Part shown: one piece after another, positions 29,782 to 40,380 of the stretch
Numbering within the stretch: position 1 is the first letter of the stretch
Layout: each line of letters opens with the position of its first letter
Origin: Promethearchaeota archaeon
Lineage (GTDB): Archaea > Asgardarchaeota > Lokiarchaeia > Sigyniarchaeales > SOKP01
Assembly: GCA_048937405.1 (NCBI GenBank)
Contig: JBHLNF010000003.1
Location: 1 to 64,000 of the forward strand
Direction of reading: 5' to 3'
DNA: 64,000 nt
Made by a program: the position numbers and the translations under genes
The notes under the pieces: model-generated
Told to the model about the DNA's origin: nothing
The model's input: only the letters and a program-made list of their open reading frames with translations
Databases searched by the model: none

Positions 29782-30351
29782 ATGACAAAAAAAATTACTA
29801 AAAAAAAAAGTAATTTTCTTGGATTTAGGCTTTCTGAAGAGGTACTTAATAAATTAGAATTGATAGCAAAACAAGAAAATAAGACACGTGGATTAGTTGC
29901 GAAAGATGCTATTGAACAATGGCTTAATCTAGAATTATTCAATCAAACCAACCAAATGATGATGATATCTAAATCGATTTTCTCAAAAATTCTTTCAAAA
30001 TTAGATGAGCAATCTTTAGATACCATAGCTAAGGATTTTGCGGATTTATTCTCAGATATAATGAAATTTTCAACAGCAAAACCAATGAATGAAGATAATT
30101 TGAAGTTATATACAACTTTTTTGATTAATTTTTTTGGAAAAAATGGATTAAAATGGTTTAATACACTTGATATTCAAACAAGGGATAATAGTTTCATTTT
30201 TAGAGGTTTACATGATATGGATGAGGTTTATTCAAAATTCTTCACACAATTTTATAAATTTCTCTTATCCGAATATTTTAACTTAGAATTTACTACAAAA
30301 GTAGAAGATACAACTTCTAACTTAATTCATCTTGATTTTAAAATGAAATAA
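29782..30351 (+). CDS. Ribbon-helix-helix (CopG-like) transcription regulator with C-terminal domain
   Basis: FLGFRLSEEVLNKLELIAKQENKTRGLVAKDAIEQW fits the RHH pattern. Confidence 0.75.
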   Translation: MTKKITKKKSNFLGFRLSEEVLNKLELIAKQENKTRGLVAKDAIEQWLNLELFNQTNQMMMISKSIFSKILSKLDEQSLDTIAKDFADLFSDIMKFSTAKPMNEDNLKLYTTFLINFFGKNGLKWFNTLDIQTRDNSFIFRGLHDMDEVYSKFFTQFYKFLLSEYFNLEFTTKVEDTTSNLIHLDFKMK

Positions 30352-30369
30352 AAGGTATTTTGAGAAAAT

Positions 30370-30567
30370 ATGAATAATAGAAAGGAAATAAAGGGAAAAT
30401 TAAGAAATTATTTCTTAACTTTAGAAAAAAGTTCCAAAAAATTACAGTATCTAGAAAATATGGAAAAAAATTTGGATTTTGTTATAAATTATATTCAAAT
30501 GGTTATACCAGTAAAAAAAATAAAATTAGGGAAAAAAATTAAAAATGATTGCAAGAAAAATTATTGA
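30370..30567 (+). CDS. Small hypothetical protein
   Basis: 65-aa ORF filling the gap between two co-oriented genes; no motif recognised. Confidence 0.35.
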   Translation: MNNRKEIKGKLRNYFLTLEKSSKKLQYLENMEKNLDFVINYIQMVIPVKKIKLGKKIKNDCKKNY

Positions 30568-30736
30568 GAGTTTGGTTGAAACGTATGTATATGTCTACAT
30601 AAAAAATATCGGTAAAGAATTTGGAGGAATATTAAAATCTATAAATGAATTTGATAATGTGATTATACAAGATAAGAATGAAAATCTTATCTATATACCA
30701 CTTTCAGAAATAAGCGTAATTACAGAGAGAAGATAA
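30545..30736 (+). CDS. Sm/Lsm-like fold small protein
   Basis: helix-VYVYIK..EFGGILKSINEFDNVII..LIYIPLSEISVI resembles the Sm1/Sm2 motifs. Confidence 0.6.
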   Translation: MIARKIIESLVETYVYVYIKNIGKEFGGILKSINEFDNVIIQDKNENLIYIPLSEISVITERR

Positions 30737-30949
30737 TACATTCTAAATTTGAGATAGAATTAATTAAATATAGACATAGAATATATAAATAAACAAGATA
30801 ATCTAAAAAAGAGAAATTATTTTTTTTTTATTTAATACTTATTTTAAAATGAAACTGGTAATTATAAACTAATAAGATTTAAAAAAAACTAAAGTTATGT
30901 AAATTCTGGTATTTAATCCATTAATAAAAATTTTTGAAGGTATAAAGAG

Positions 30950-31618
30950 ATGGAAGATATAAAAAAACTCGAAAAAGAGATTCAAAATAATTTTAAAATA
31001 GCACAATTTGAAAAAGAACTTGCCCAAAAACAAAAATCTAATGCTCTAATTGAAATTAAAAAAGCAAAAGCAAGAGAATCTTTAGCAAAAATTGAATATG
31101 AACTTGCGGAAACAAAAAAGGATTTGGCAATGAAAAGAAAGACTTTAGCAATGGAAAAAACTGAAATTAAAAAGAAGGAAATTTTAGATTTTTCAGAGGA
31201 AGAACTAAAAATTGAAAATAATTATGCAATTTATAATGAACAGATCTCAAAAAATCAAAAAGAGGTAGCTGGAATTCAGCGAAAGATTGCTAATACTGAA
31301 GTAGAAATTGCTGAACAAAAATTAAAACTAGCTAAAGAAAAATTGGATGTAGCAAATGCACGAGAAAAATTAGCTAATATACAAAATAAATATATAAAAG
31401 CAGCTCAAACGCAACTATCAGAAACAAAAATTTCAAAGCTTAAAACTGGCGTAGAAAATCAAAAACATAAACTTTTACAACAAAAAAATGACGTAATAAA
31501 CAAGGAAAAAGACGTAAGAAAAAAAGAAAATAAATTGGCTGATTTAAAGAAGGAACTTTCTTTGAAGTATGCTGAAAGAGAAAAAATTAGACATCCTGGA
31601 GTTATTGTTGCAGGGTAA
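30950..31618 (+). CDS. All-helical coiled-coil protein (paralog B)
   Basis: Shares AKARE.L.K.E..LA, RKIAN.E.EIAE and NKLADLKKELS...A.REKIR with 28074..28727. Confidence 0.75.
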   Translation: MEDIKKLEKEIQNNFKIAQFEKELAQKQKSNALIEIKKAKARESLAKIEYELAETKKDLAMKRKTLAMEKTEIKKKEILDFSEEELKIENNYAIYNEQISKNQKEVAGIQRKIANTEVEIAEQKLKLAKEKLDVANAREKLANIQNKYIKAAQTQLSETKISKLKTGVENQKHKLLQQKNDVINKEKDVRKKENKLADLKKELSLKYAEREKIRHPGVIVAG

Positions 31619-31658
31619 ACGTTTAGACTCAATAATCAAGAAAAAATTAATATTTTCT

Positions 31659-32747
31659 TTAAATCCACTTTTTCTTTTTAAATAGCAGGAGCATTAATAG
31701 GGCAATAACAATCATTATTATTATAAATATCATAAGCAAATCATATCGAAAATTAGGGTATACAATAAAATTCATTCCATAAAATCCTGCTATAAATGAG
31801 AGAGGGATAAAAATCGTAGAGATCATCGTCAAGACTTTCATAATATCATTCATTTTATTACTGACACTTGAGAGATACATATCTAACATTCCAAAAATTA
31901 TATCTCGATCATTTTCCAACTGATCACTAATTCTATAAATATGATCAGATATATCTTTCAAATAAATCTGCAGGTCATCACTAATAAGGTTTGATTTCTC
32001 TCTTTGCAATTTATTTATAACTTGTCTTAAAGGCCAAATAGATTTTCTTAGATCAATACTAAATCTTTTTAATCGATATATTGATTGCATAATCTCGGGT
32101 TCTGGATTTTTAATAACTTTATCCTCTAACTCATCAATAAGTTCTCCAAAAATTTCTAAAATTAAAAAGTAATTATCTATTATAACATCAATCAAAGCAT
32201 ATGCTAAATAATCTGCTTTCATAAATCTAATTCTTCCTCTTGCTGTTATAATTCTCTCTATTATAGGTTTAAAAGTATCACTTTCTAATTCTGAGAAACT
32301 TATTACAAAATTTTCTCCTAAAATTAAGCTTATTTGTTCGCTTTCAAAAATTTCTTTTGACTCATCCCATAAAAGCTTATTTAATACTATAAAGATATAA
32401 TTTCCATAATCTTCGAATTTTGGACGCTGATTAGGATTTAATATATCCTCTAAAACAAGTGGATGAATTTTAAACTGATTTCCGATTTCTTCAATTCTAT
32501 CAACTTCAGTTAATCCTGTAATTTCAACCCACCTGATATTATTTTTTTCTATCACTTGTAAATTTTTCTCTAAGGGAAATTCTTCTATAATTGAATAATT
32601 TTCGTCATTATAGTCGGTAATTCTTATTTTTGTTGGTATCTTTGGTTTTTCCCCTGTGTATATTAATGTTCCTGGAGGTACACCAATTTTCTTCTTTTTT
32701 TTATTATGAGACCTCGCAGTTCTTATCGGTCTAGAAAATCTCTTCAA
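31659..32747 (-). CDS. corA: Magnesium/cobalt transporter CorA
   Basis: GVPPGTLIYTG, IHPLVLEDI..QRPK, YGMNF signature between two C-terminal TMs. Confidence 0.95.
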   Translation of the reverse strand: MKRFSRPIRTARSHNKKKKKIGVPPGTLIYTGEKPKIPTKIRITDYNDENYSIIEEFPLEKNLQVIEKNNIRWVEITGLTEVDRIEEIGNQFKIHPLVLEDILNPNQRPKFEDYGNYIFIVLNKLLWDESKEIFESEQISLILGENFVISFSELESDTFKPIIERIITARGRIRFMKADYLAYALIDVIIDNYFLILEIFGELIDELEDKVIKNPEPEIMQSIYRLKRFSIDLRKSIWPLRQVINKLQREKSNLISDDLQIYLKDISDHIYRISDQLENDRDIIFGMLDMYLSSVSNKMNDIMKVLTMISTIFIPLSFIAGFYGMNFIVYPNFRYDLLMIFIIIMIVIALLMLLLFKKKKWI

Positions 32748-32889
32748 TTTCTCTCACTATTCTTTTTTAAGATATATTTTACTAATAATTTACCAAACTA
32801 AATTTTAAAATTATGGTCTTCTTATAATTTTTCTATCTTATAATTATAATTTAGGTAAAAATTAAAACAATAGAATAAGTTGTTTTCTT

Positions 32890-33813
32890 ATGAAAAGAAT
32901 TTACAAAATACCTCTTTGGATATCTTTTATTGGGATATTTTTCTTAATTTATCTTTATTTTGGTTTTAGTTTTAAGAACTTAATAATGAATTTAGTTCTT
33001 TTAAATATTGTTGTTTACGTAATAAGATCAATATTAATTGATGTATCTCAGAGTTTAATTAAAAATTTGTTTATTCGATATATATCCATGATAATAATAA
33101 ACATTATATGGTTAGTATTTCCATTTTGGTTGATTCTTGAAATTTCAGAGATTTTTTTTGTGGCAATTATATCTTTTTTAGTAGTTGCAATATCCTTAAC
33201 TTTTCAAAATATTATTAATAACATCGCTTCGGGGATAATGATGTTATCCTCAGAAGGATTTGAGGTTGGTGATTTAATAGAAACAAATGGAACTGTGGGC
33301 ATCGTTAAAGAAATTACTTTAAATAACTTGAAATTAGAGGATTTTGATGGTTCTATTACTTATATCCCGAACAAGATTGCTTTTAACTCATCAGTGGTTC
33401 GTTTCACTCACAAACCTATTAAAAGAGAAAAAAAAATAGATCTTTCGACAGTATTTAAAAAATTCAGTAAATTAATAACTAGCGAAAAAAAAATCACGCG
33501 TTATATTAAAGTAATAGAACTTTTGCCATCAGTAGATACAGAAAACCTAGAAGAATTATTAAAGCCTATATTTGATACTTATGAACCTATATTTGGAACA
33601 AGACCTTTTTTCTATGCCAATAATACCGTGAGTGGAATCGTAAACCGATTAAGTATTACGATACAAATTATAACAGATAATCCAAAGTTAGTCTTAACTT
33701 ATACAGATCCTTTATTGAAGGATATTTTATTTAAAATTTATGAAACAGAAATAAATTATGGTCAAGACTCTATCAATAAAAATTATTCAAGAAATATTCT
33801 GGAGGATGATTAA
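32890..33813 (+). CDS. MscS-family mechanosensitive channel protein
   Basis: FQNIINNIASG..FEVGDLI..GIVKEITL..DGSITYIPN. Confidence 0.85.
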   Translation: MKRIYKIPLWISFIGIFFLIYLYFGFSFKNLIMNLVLLNIVVYVIRSILIDVSQSLIKNLFIRYISMIIINIIWLVFPFWLILEISEIFFVAIISFLVVAISLTFQNIINNIASGIMMLSSEGFEVGDLIETNGTVGIVKEITLNNLKLEDFDGSITYIPNKIAFNSSVVRFTHKPIKREKKIDLSTVFKKFSKLITSEKKITRYIKVIELLPSVDTENLEELLKPIFDTYEPIFGTRPFFYANNTVSGIVNRLSITIQIITDNPKLVLTYTDPLLKDILFKIYETEINYGQDSINKNYSRNILEDD

Positions 33814-33815
33814 TA

Positions 33816-34718
33816 ATGGTACTATTTAGAACTGATTTTGAAGCGTTAATCTATCTTATAATCATTGGGATTAGTTTATATCTATTAAATAAAATTATTT
33901 CCTCAACTATAGGGAAGATTAATAAAATATCAATAAAACAAAAAACTATTATAGGTTTTTCCTTAAAAATTGCTACGGTTCTTATTTTTGCATATTTTAT
34001 TATTGAGGGTTTTCCTATAATTTCTCAAATAGACCCAACTTATACAGCAGTAATTACTGGAGCAATTAGCACTGCGATTGCCTTTGCATCTAGCGGTATA
34101 TTCGCAAATTTTATTTCAGGTATCGTTCTAATGTTAATAAGACCCTTTGAAGTTGATGATTTAGTAAAAATTGAAGGAGATAAAGGAATTGTACGAGAAA
34201 TTAGTTTAACAAAGACGATGTTAGAAACTTTTGATAATATTATAATTGAAAAATCTAACAATCAAGTTCTTTCATCTAAAATTGTTAATTACACAATTAG
34301 GCTCGGAAAAAAAAAGTCTTTTAATCATTTTAAAAACAAGATTTTAGCACCTCAAGATATTGGATTTAAAGAAATGTATGATATTAGTCCAGATTCTAAA
34401 AAAGAGTTTGAAAATAGTTTATTAAAAGCACATAATTCCTTTACTACAAAATATTATCCCAAGTTATATAATTTCACATTTAGGATGGCTTTTCCCTATA
34501 AAGGATTTCGTATAATTATGAATAAAGTTACAGAACTTTGTGATATATATAATGAGAAAGATATCTTTAGGATTAAGCCTCAGTTCGATGTAGTAAATTT
34601 AAATATAAGTATAATAGTTAAATTTCGATTATTAACATTCAATCCTCAAAAAATTTTTGATTTTCAACCAAAATTTGCTCAGGAAGTTTATGATATAATA
34701 TATAAGTATAAAACATAA
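33816..34718 (+). CDS. MscS-family mechanosensitive channel protein
   Basis: ANFISGIVLMLIRPFEVDDLVKIEGDKGIVREISLTKT. Confidence 0.85.
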   Translation: MVLFRTDFEALIYLIIIGISLYLLNKIISSTIGKINKISIKQKTIIGFSLKIATVLIFAYFIIEGFPIISQIDPTYTAVITGAISTAIAFASSGIFANFISGIVLMLIRPFEVDDLVKIEGDKGIVREISLTKTMLETFDNIIIEKSNNQVLSSKIVNYTIRLGKKKSFNHFKNKILAPQDIGFKEMYDISPDSKKEFENSLLKAHNSFTTKYYPKLYNFTFRMAFPYKGFRIIMNKVTELCDIYNEKDIFRIKPQFDVVNLNISIIVKFRLLTFNPQKIFDFQPKFAQEVYDIIYKYKT

Positions 34719-34734
34719 TTAAAAAAAAAGAATT

Positions 34735-34940
34735 AATTTAGTTTTGTTTTTTAAATTTTTCTTTTCCTGTAAATCCAAGTAAAAATCTGGCAAATCCACT
34801 TAGAAAAATAGCTATCAAAAACATTGAAAAAGTTGTTGAATCATTCAGATCTAACAAAAATAGGATTATTAATGTTAAAATAACCACAATAATACCTATA
34901 ATTAAATTGAGAATTCGAAACTAATTTTTTTAGTAACCAT
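34735..34940 (-). pseudogene. Possible disrupted small membrane protein (HdeD/DUF308-like fragment)
   Basis: ATG at 34940 (MVTKK) is out of frame with a following hydrophobic reading FRILNLIIGIIVVILTLIILFLL..FLIAIFLSGFARFLLG. End coordinate approximate. Confidence 0.3.
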
Positions 34941-34971
34941 ATTAAATTAAATTATATAAAAGTAAATTTGT

Positions 34972-35607
34972 TTAAAAATCTATTATGACCCCGTAATTTT
35001 TAAGATCTTCTATTAATTTTTCTGTATAATAATAATGGATTCCTTTAAATCCTAACGATCGAGCAATTTTTATATTTTTCTTCTCATCATCTATTAATAA
35101 CGCTTCTGATGGGGTACATTTGATATGTTTAATTAATTCTTCATAGAATTCAATGTCATTTTTATTTTTATGATAATCAAAACTAAATACAGTATCATCA
35201 AAATATTTTAAAAAATCGCATTTTTTATTTAGGTATTCAACGCGTTCTCTGATATTTCCACTGAATATTAACAATCTATATTTCATTTTTAACCTTTTTA
35301 TTAAATCTTCAATACCATAATGAATACAATAAGATCCAAACCATATATATCGAGTATGCTTTCTTTCTTTTTTGTTAATTTCTAATTTTGAAAATAATTT
35401 TTCTTCAAACTCATCAATAGTCATAAATCCCCTCCTTAATAAATTACCTTCTGAATTTGGTTCATCACTAAAAAAGTCTCGAAGTAATTTTTCATTTTTA
35501 ATATCATAAATTTCTCTAATTTTCTCAATAGCCAAAAATGATCCTGGTGTAAAATAGACACCTCCTAAATCAAAAATTATCGTCTTAATCTTTTTCATTA
35601 CTGACAA
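34972..35607 (-). CDS. HAD-superfamily hydrolase
   Basis: IIFDLGGV (motif I), FSGN, K, LLIDD..N. Confidence 0.88.
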   Translation of the reverse strand: MSVMKKIKTIIFDLGGVYFTPGSFLAIEKIREIYDIKNEKLLRDFFSDEPNSEGNLLRRGFMTIDEFEEKLFSKLEINKKERKHTRYIWFGSYCIHYGIEDLIKRLKMKYRLLIFSGNIRERVEYLNKKCDFLKYFDDTVFSFDYHKNKNDIEFYEELIKHIKCTPSEALLIDDEKKNIKIARSLGFKGIHYYYTEKLIEDLKNYGVIIDF

Positions 35608-35751
35608 ATTTCATACCTTTTTATTTAAAACTCAAAGAATTAATAAGATAAAGTTAATGCTTATTACTTTAAAAACAAGATTATTTCATAATTACCTAGG
35701 TTATGTTTATGACATGAATTATGAATATAAAAATGTAAAAATTAAATTGAT

Positions 35752-36399
35752 TTAAACATTTTTTCTACTTCTCTGAATACTCCTATAATATTTCTTTTTC
35801 CGTTGTTCCAACGGTTTCACATAACCTAATAAATCATCAAATACTATTTTTTGCTGTAATTGTGGACGAAAAATAAACTTATGATATTTTTTTTTCCAAT
35901 AGAAGCGCAAACTATTAAGATATATTAATATTTCTTTTATCTGTTGAGTTTTAATTTCTGTATACGAGGTTATTATATTTTCCTCGGTATTAGACTCAAT
36001 ATTTCTTCTTAATAAAGTACCATCAATTTTTAAAATATAGATAGTTCCATTTAAATAAGATTTATTTTCTTTATTGTGAGTTAATCCAAGGTAATGAGCG
36101 TAGAATTTAAAATTTTGACTAATTTTAGTGTTTAAATAATTCTTTTGAATAATATCTCGATTCTTATCTTTGATTAAGGCTTTTAATTCTTGCTCTTCCA
36201 TTTTTTCTTTATTTAATTGGAGAATTTCATAATATTTCACTTGTAAGTTGGTAAATATTAACATTTCTATGTTATTATAAAAATCCTGAATTTCATGAGC
36301 TAAAATCCTATCATCTTTGATATGATCCCAAATTATAAAGAAAAGTACTGCAATTGATACACCTAAACTTACATATACAAGAATATCTTCTGGTGCCAT
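35752..36399 (-). CDS. Hypothetical protein with N-terminal TM anchor
   Basis: 215-aa ORF with one N-terminal hydrophobic helix. Confidence 0.6.
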   Translation of the reverse strand: MAPEDILVYVSLGVSIAVLFFIIWDHIKDDRILAHEIQDFYNNIEMLIFTNLQVKYYEILQLNKEKMEEQELKALIKDKNRDIIQKNYLNTKISQNFKFYAHYLGLTHNKENKSYLNGTIYILKIDGTLLRRNIESNTEENIITSYTEIKTQQIKEILIYLNSLRFYWKKKYHKFIFRPQLQQKIVFDDLLGYVKPLEQRKKKYYRSIQRSRKNV

Positions 36400-36781
36400 T
36401 ATAGTGATAAAAAATTTTATTAATTTAAATGATTATTTAGTTTAAAATGGTCAAATTATATTGATTATTTCTCAGTTTAATAATTTTATCTATATAAAGT
36501 TTATATTTAAGTTTGAAGTTTGATGAATTCCCTCTGATGCTCATAAAACACTTTTAATGAACTTTATAGGTAAATAATAGATTGATTGTAATTTTCTGTT
36601 GGATGAGGCAGAAAGCAATTAAAAGATAAAGATATAATATTAAGCTTTTTTTCACTTTTTTTGATTATTTTTTTTTTTTATTTATTTACTACTCAAAACA
36701 AGAAGAGAGAAAATTTTTAAGAAGAATTACATTTTAAAATACAAATTACTATTAAAAATAATCAAAAAATGTTGATATAAT

Positions 36782-37666
36782 ATGGCAAAAGCAGAAGAAT
36801 ATAAGATGTTTCAAGGATGCGTTATTGGTAATAGAATTCCATTTATTGAAGCTTCTGCAAGAAAGGTGTTTGATAAACTTGGAATAAAAACTTCTGATGC
36901 CGCATTTGCTTGTTGTCCAGATCCCGTTGGATTTAATAGTACTGATCATTTAAGTTGGATGGCATTGAGCGCAAATAATCTTACTATCGCCGAAGCAGAA
37001 GGAAAAGATATAATTTCTTTATGTAATGGATGTTTTCAAACTCTAAAACTTGTTAATGAAGAACTAAAGCACAGTGATCATGAAAAAGAAACTATTAATA
37101 AAATTCTTAAGACAGTTGGCAAAGAATTCAAAGGAACAATTAATGTGAAGCATTTTGTAGAGGTTTTACATGACTATTTAGATAAAATAAAAGAGAACTT
37201 AAAGAAAGAATTAAGTGATTTGAAAGTTGCCTGTCATACTGGATGTCATTATAATAGACCCTCAGAAAAAATGCAAACTGATGATCCTATGAAACCTTTG
37301 AAATTAAGAGAAATTGTTGCGGCAACTGGAGCTACCCCTGTTGATTATGAGGAAGAAATGCTATGTTGCGGTTCTGGAGTTGGAAATACCGAAGAAGAAT
37401 CAGCGATGCAAATATTAGCAAATAAATTGACAAGTGCTATAAATGCTGGCGCAGAAGCTATGATCGTTAATTGTCCTGCATGTTTCCAACAATTTGATAA
37501 TAATCAGAAAAAAGCAGGAGAGATTGGGGGTCAAACATTTTCGATTCCTGTTTTATACGTAACTGAATTATTAGCTTTGGCATTTGGAGAAAAGCCAGAT
37601 GATTTAGGCTTAAAATTCCATCGAACTAGAGTAACTTCATTTTTAGAACAAAAAGGTTTAAAATAA
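36782..37666 (+). CDS. hdrB: Heterodisulfide reductase subunit B-like (CCG domain) protein
   Basis: FQGC, CCP, CNGC, HTGCH, CCG, CPAC..QFD. Confidence 0.9.
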   Translation: MAKAEEYKMFQGCVIGNRIPFIEASARKVFDKLGIKTSDAAFACCPDPVGFNSTDHLSWMALSANNLTIAEAEGKDIISLCNGCFQTLKLVNEELKHSDHEKETINKILKTVGKEFKGTINVKHFVEVLHDYLDKIKENLKKELSDLKVACHTGCHYNRPSEKMQTDDPMKPLKLREIVAATGATPVDYEEEMLCCGSGVGNTEEESAMQILANKLTSAINAGAEAMIVNCPACFQQFDNNQKKAGEIGGQTFSIPVLYVTELLALAFGEKPDDLGLKFHRTRVTSFLEQKGLK

Positions 37667-37733
37667 ACCTAAAAAACTATTATTATTAAATTTATTTACT
37701 TCTACTTTTTAACCATTTGATATTTTAGAGTAA

Positions 37734-38897
37734 TTAATTCAGAAGTAATTCAATTTCGGATAAAAGGTTTTCAGGCATTTTTTTTAAAAATCCTTGAGAA
37801 GATTTAGAATTTCCTCCTCCTTTTCCTCCAAATTTTTGTATTAATTTTTGCATTAATTTACGGGAATCTATTATTTCAGTCGGAGAGAGTAATCTTATTT
37901 TATTACCTTCAAAAATAACAATAATAAGTGATTTTGGAGGAAAATTATCTAAAGATTTATTTAAAATCTTCATATTCACATCAAAATCAATATAAAACAA
38001 TGAAATATCATTAATTGTTCTAATAGGTGTTTTAAAAATCGAATTTAATAATTTAATGGATAAATTTTTATGTTCTTCCTGTAAATTTTCAAAATTCTTT
38101 AAACGCTTTTTAATTAATTCTTTAAATTTATTTAAAGGAGAATTGATTTCATTTGCTAATTCAATTAAATCTAAATCTATTTTAGAACATATTTCTAAAG
38201 CTTTATTTCCTACGACATATCTAATCTCAGTTCCTTTTTTAAAATCATAAATAAAGATTGTACCTATTTCAGTAGTATTTTTAACATGAGTTCCTCCACA
38301 ACATACCAAATCTAAACCCTCAATCTCCATCAATCTTACTTGAGATTCATTAGGGATTGCACTTCTAATTTTTTTGGATGATTTTTCAGCTTCTTTATGT
38401 GAAATTATTTTTGTATTTACTTTTAGACAATTATTAGTACAAATTTTATTAACTTCAGTTAAAATCTCATTTAATTGCCCATAATCTATTTCTTGAGAGA
38501 TTTGAAGGAAAACATCTTCAAAATTAATTATAGCACGATTTGTATCAATATTATATTTATTTTTAATAACTGCTGAAAAGATATGCTGAGAGGAATGAGC
38601 TTTCATTATACCATATCTATTATCCCAATCAATCTCTCCTTCAACAATATCTCCAACATTTATTTTATTTTTAAATTCAGAAGAAATATGGTGTATAATA
38701 TAGTCTACATCTTTTGTAACTTTCACTACATTAAATTCTTCATCTCTAATTTTTAAATTTCCTACATCACTAGATTGATTTCCACTTTCGGGATAAAATA
38801 ACGTTTTATTTAGCACAATACCTCCTTGATTGATCAATTTTACTTTTGCTGTAAACTTAGTTTCATAAGCATTATCCCAATATAATTTTTCTGTCAT
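37734..38897 (-). CDS. Alanyl-tRNA editing protein AlaX (long form with DHHA1 domain)
   Basis: TLFYPESGNQSSD, HSSQH, CCGGTH, C-terminal GGKGGG. Confidence 0.88.
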   Translation of the reverse strand: MTEKLYWDNAYETKFTAKVKLINQGGIVLNKTLFYPESGNQSSDVGNLKIRDEEFNVVKVTKDVDYIIHHISSEFKNKINVGDIVEGEIDWDNRYGIMKAHSSQHIFSAVIKNKYNIDTNRAIINFEDVFLQISQEIDYGQLNEILTEVNKICTNNCLKVNTKIISHKEAEKSSKKIRSAIPNESQVRLMEIEGLDLVCCGGTHVKNTTEIGTIFIYDFKKGTEIRYVVGNKALEICSKIDLDLIELANEINSPLNKFKELIKKRLKNFENLQEEHKNLSIKLLNSIFKTPIRTINDISLFYIDFDVNMKILNKSLDNFPPKSLIIVIFEGNKIRLLSPTEIIDSRKLMQKLIQKFGGKGGGNSKSSQGFLKKMPENLLSEIELLLN

Positions 38898-38939
38898 ATT
38901 TTGACCTATGTTTGTTCATTTTTCTTATTTTATAATATA

Positions 38940-40253
38940 TTAAATAATTTCCCCATACAAATTGAATCCGACTATTTTATAAATTTTTACATTTACAAAT
39001 TCCCCATATTTTCCTCCATAATCATCAATAAAGACATTCTTATAGGCATAATTCCTGCCAAAACTTTGATCTGGTTCTGTTCCTTTATGCAAAACTAATA
39101 CTTTTCCACTCCAATTTCGCCACTTTTTATTCATACCAATCAAGCTATTACGATATACTTTCGATAATCTTATTGATCTTTCCTTTATTAACCTGCTATC
39201 TAATTGTTCCATATTTTTTGCTTTAGTTCCAGGTCTAGCAGTAAATTTTGATATATTTAAAATTTCAGGTTTTAACCATTTTATAAAATTGATTGTTCTA
39301 TTAAAATCATACTCAGTTTCACCAGGAAATCCACAGATTATATCAGTAGATATTGTCAAATTTTTAAATTCTTTTCTTATAGTGTCAATATTATCAATAA
39401 TATTGGAGATTAAATATTTCCTTTTCATTCGCTTGAGGATTTCATTACTTCCAGATTGAATAGGAATGTGTAGGAACTGATAAACTTTTTCCTGCCTGAA
39501 GATCGATATTAATTGTGCTACATCATTAATTAGAAAACTTGGATTGATCATTCCTATTCTTAAGAAGAATTTATAATCCAAATTAGTAATTTTAATTACT
39601 AAATGTTCTAATGTTGACCCATTATATTGATAAATACTACAATCTTGTGATGTAAGATAAATTTGTTTTATTCCTTGGTTTAGTTGATATTTAGCATTTT
39701 CAACAATCTTTTCAGGATCATAACAATTTAATTTACCTCTGGCATTTTTTACGCAACAGTATGTACAAGAACCTAAACATCCTTCTGAAATCGGAATTAT
39801 TCCAGTTATTTTTCCAGGAGAATGATTTATTTTATATTTGGCTTTATCAATTAGTCCATTTAATTTAGTTATTAGATTCTTCTTTCCATTCTTTATCTCT
39901 TGGAATATTACGGGAAGATTAATGATATTATTTAGATCAACTATAGCAGAAAATGATGGAATAATATTTTTTACTACCTCTATGTAGTTTGAAGCTATGT
40001 AAGGTAAACATCCTGCAATTATAATATGTTTATCATGATCTTTATGATAAGTTCTATGCAAGTCCGCTAAACGTGCTTTTATTTTATTTTCTGTCTGTTC
40101 TTTAACTGCACATGTATTAATAATTAAAAATTGAGCTCTTTCAAATGAAGTTTCTGTGTAATTCGATTTTCGTAAAACATTTGAAATTATATATGAATCT
40201 GCTTTATTAGATGTACATCCATATGTTTCAATATAGAATGAATTTTCTTGCAC
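38940..40253 (-). CDS. MiaB-like tRNA methylthiotransferase, archaeal/CDKAL1 (t6A37) type
   Basis: ETYGC, NTCAVK, GCL, EGCLGSCTYC, HIPIQSGS, TDIICGFPGET, TRAM-like tail. Confidence 0.9.
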   Translation of the reverse strand: MQENSFYIETYGCTSNKADSYIISNVLRKSNYTETSFERAQFLIINTCAVKEQTENKIKARLADLHRTYHKDHDKHIIIAGCLPYIASNYIEVVKNIIPSFSAIVDLNNIINLPVIFQEIKNGKKNLITKLNGLIDKAKYKINHSPGKITGIIPISEGCLGSCTYCCVKNARGKLNCYDPEKIVENAKYQLNQGIKQIYLTSQDCSIYQYNGSTLEHLVIKITNLDYKFFLRIGMINPSFLINDVAQLISIFRQEKVYQFLHIPIQSGSNEILKRMKRKYLISNIIDNIDTIRKEFKNLTISTDIICGFPGETEYDFNRTINFIKWLKPEILNISKFTARPGTKAKNMEQLDSRLIKERSIRLSKVYRNSLIGMNKKWRNWSGKVLVLHKGTEPDQSFGRNYAYKNVFIDDYGGKYGEFVNVKIYKIVGFNLYGEII

Positions 40254-40380
40254 ATTAATCCATTTATAAACAATCTAATAATTTATAAAAAGAACTAGCT
40301 TATTAGGTATTAAAAACGTTTTTTAATTAAAATAATCTATCATTAAAGAAATACAAGTTAATTATTTGACGTGTAACATC

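Noticed and set aside
27787-31618. Gas vesicle cluster
   Set aside because: Hsp20-like, acidic and coiled-coil proteins are suggestive, but no GvpA/J/M, GvpN or GvpF/L motifs are present.
36515-36620. Possible C/D-box sRNA or hammerhead-like RNA upstream of hdrB
   Set aside because: TGATGA and CTGA are too close for a guide, the hammerhead core is incomplete, and the pairing is short.
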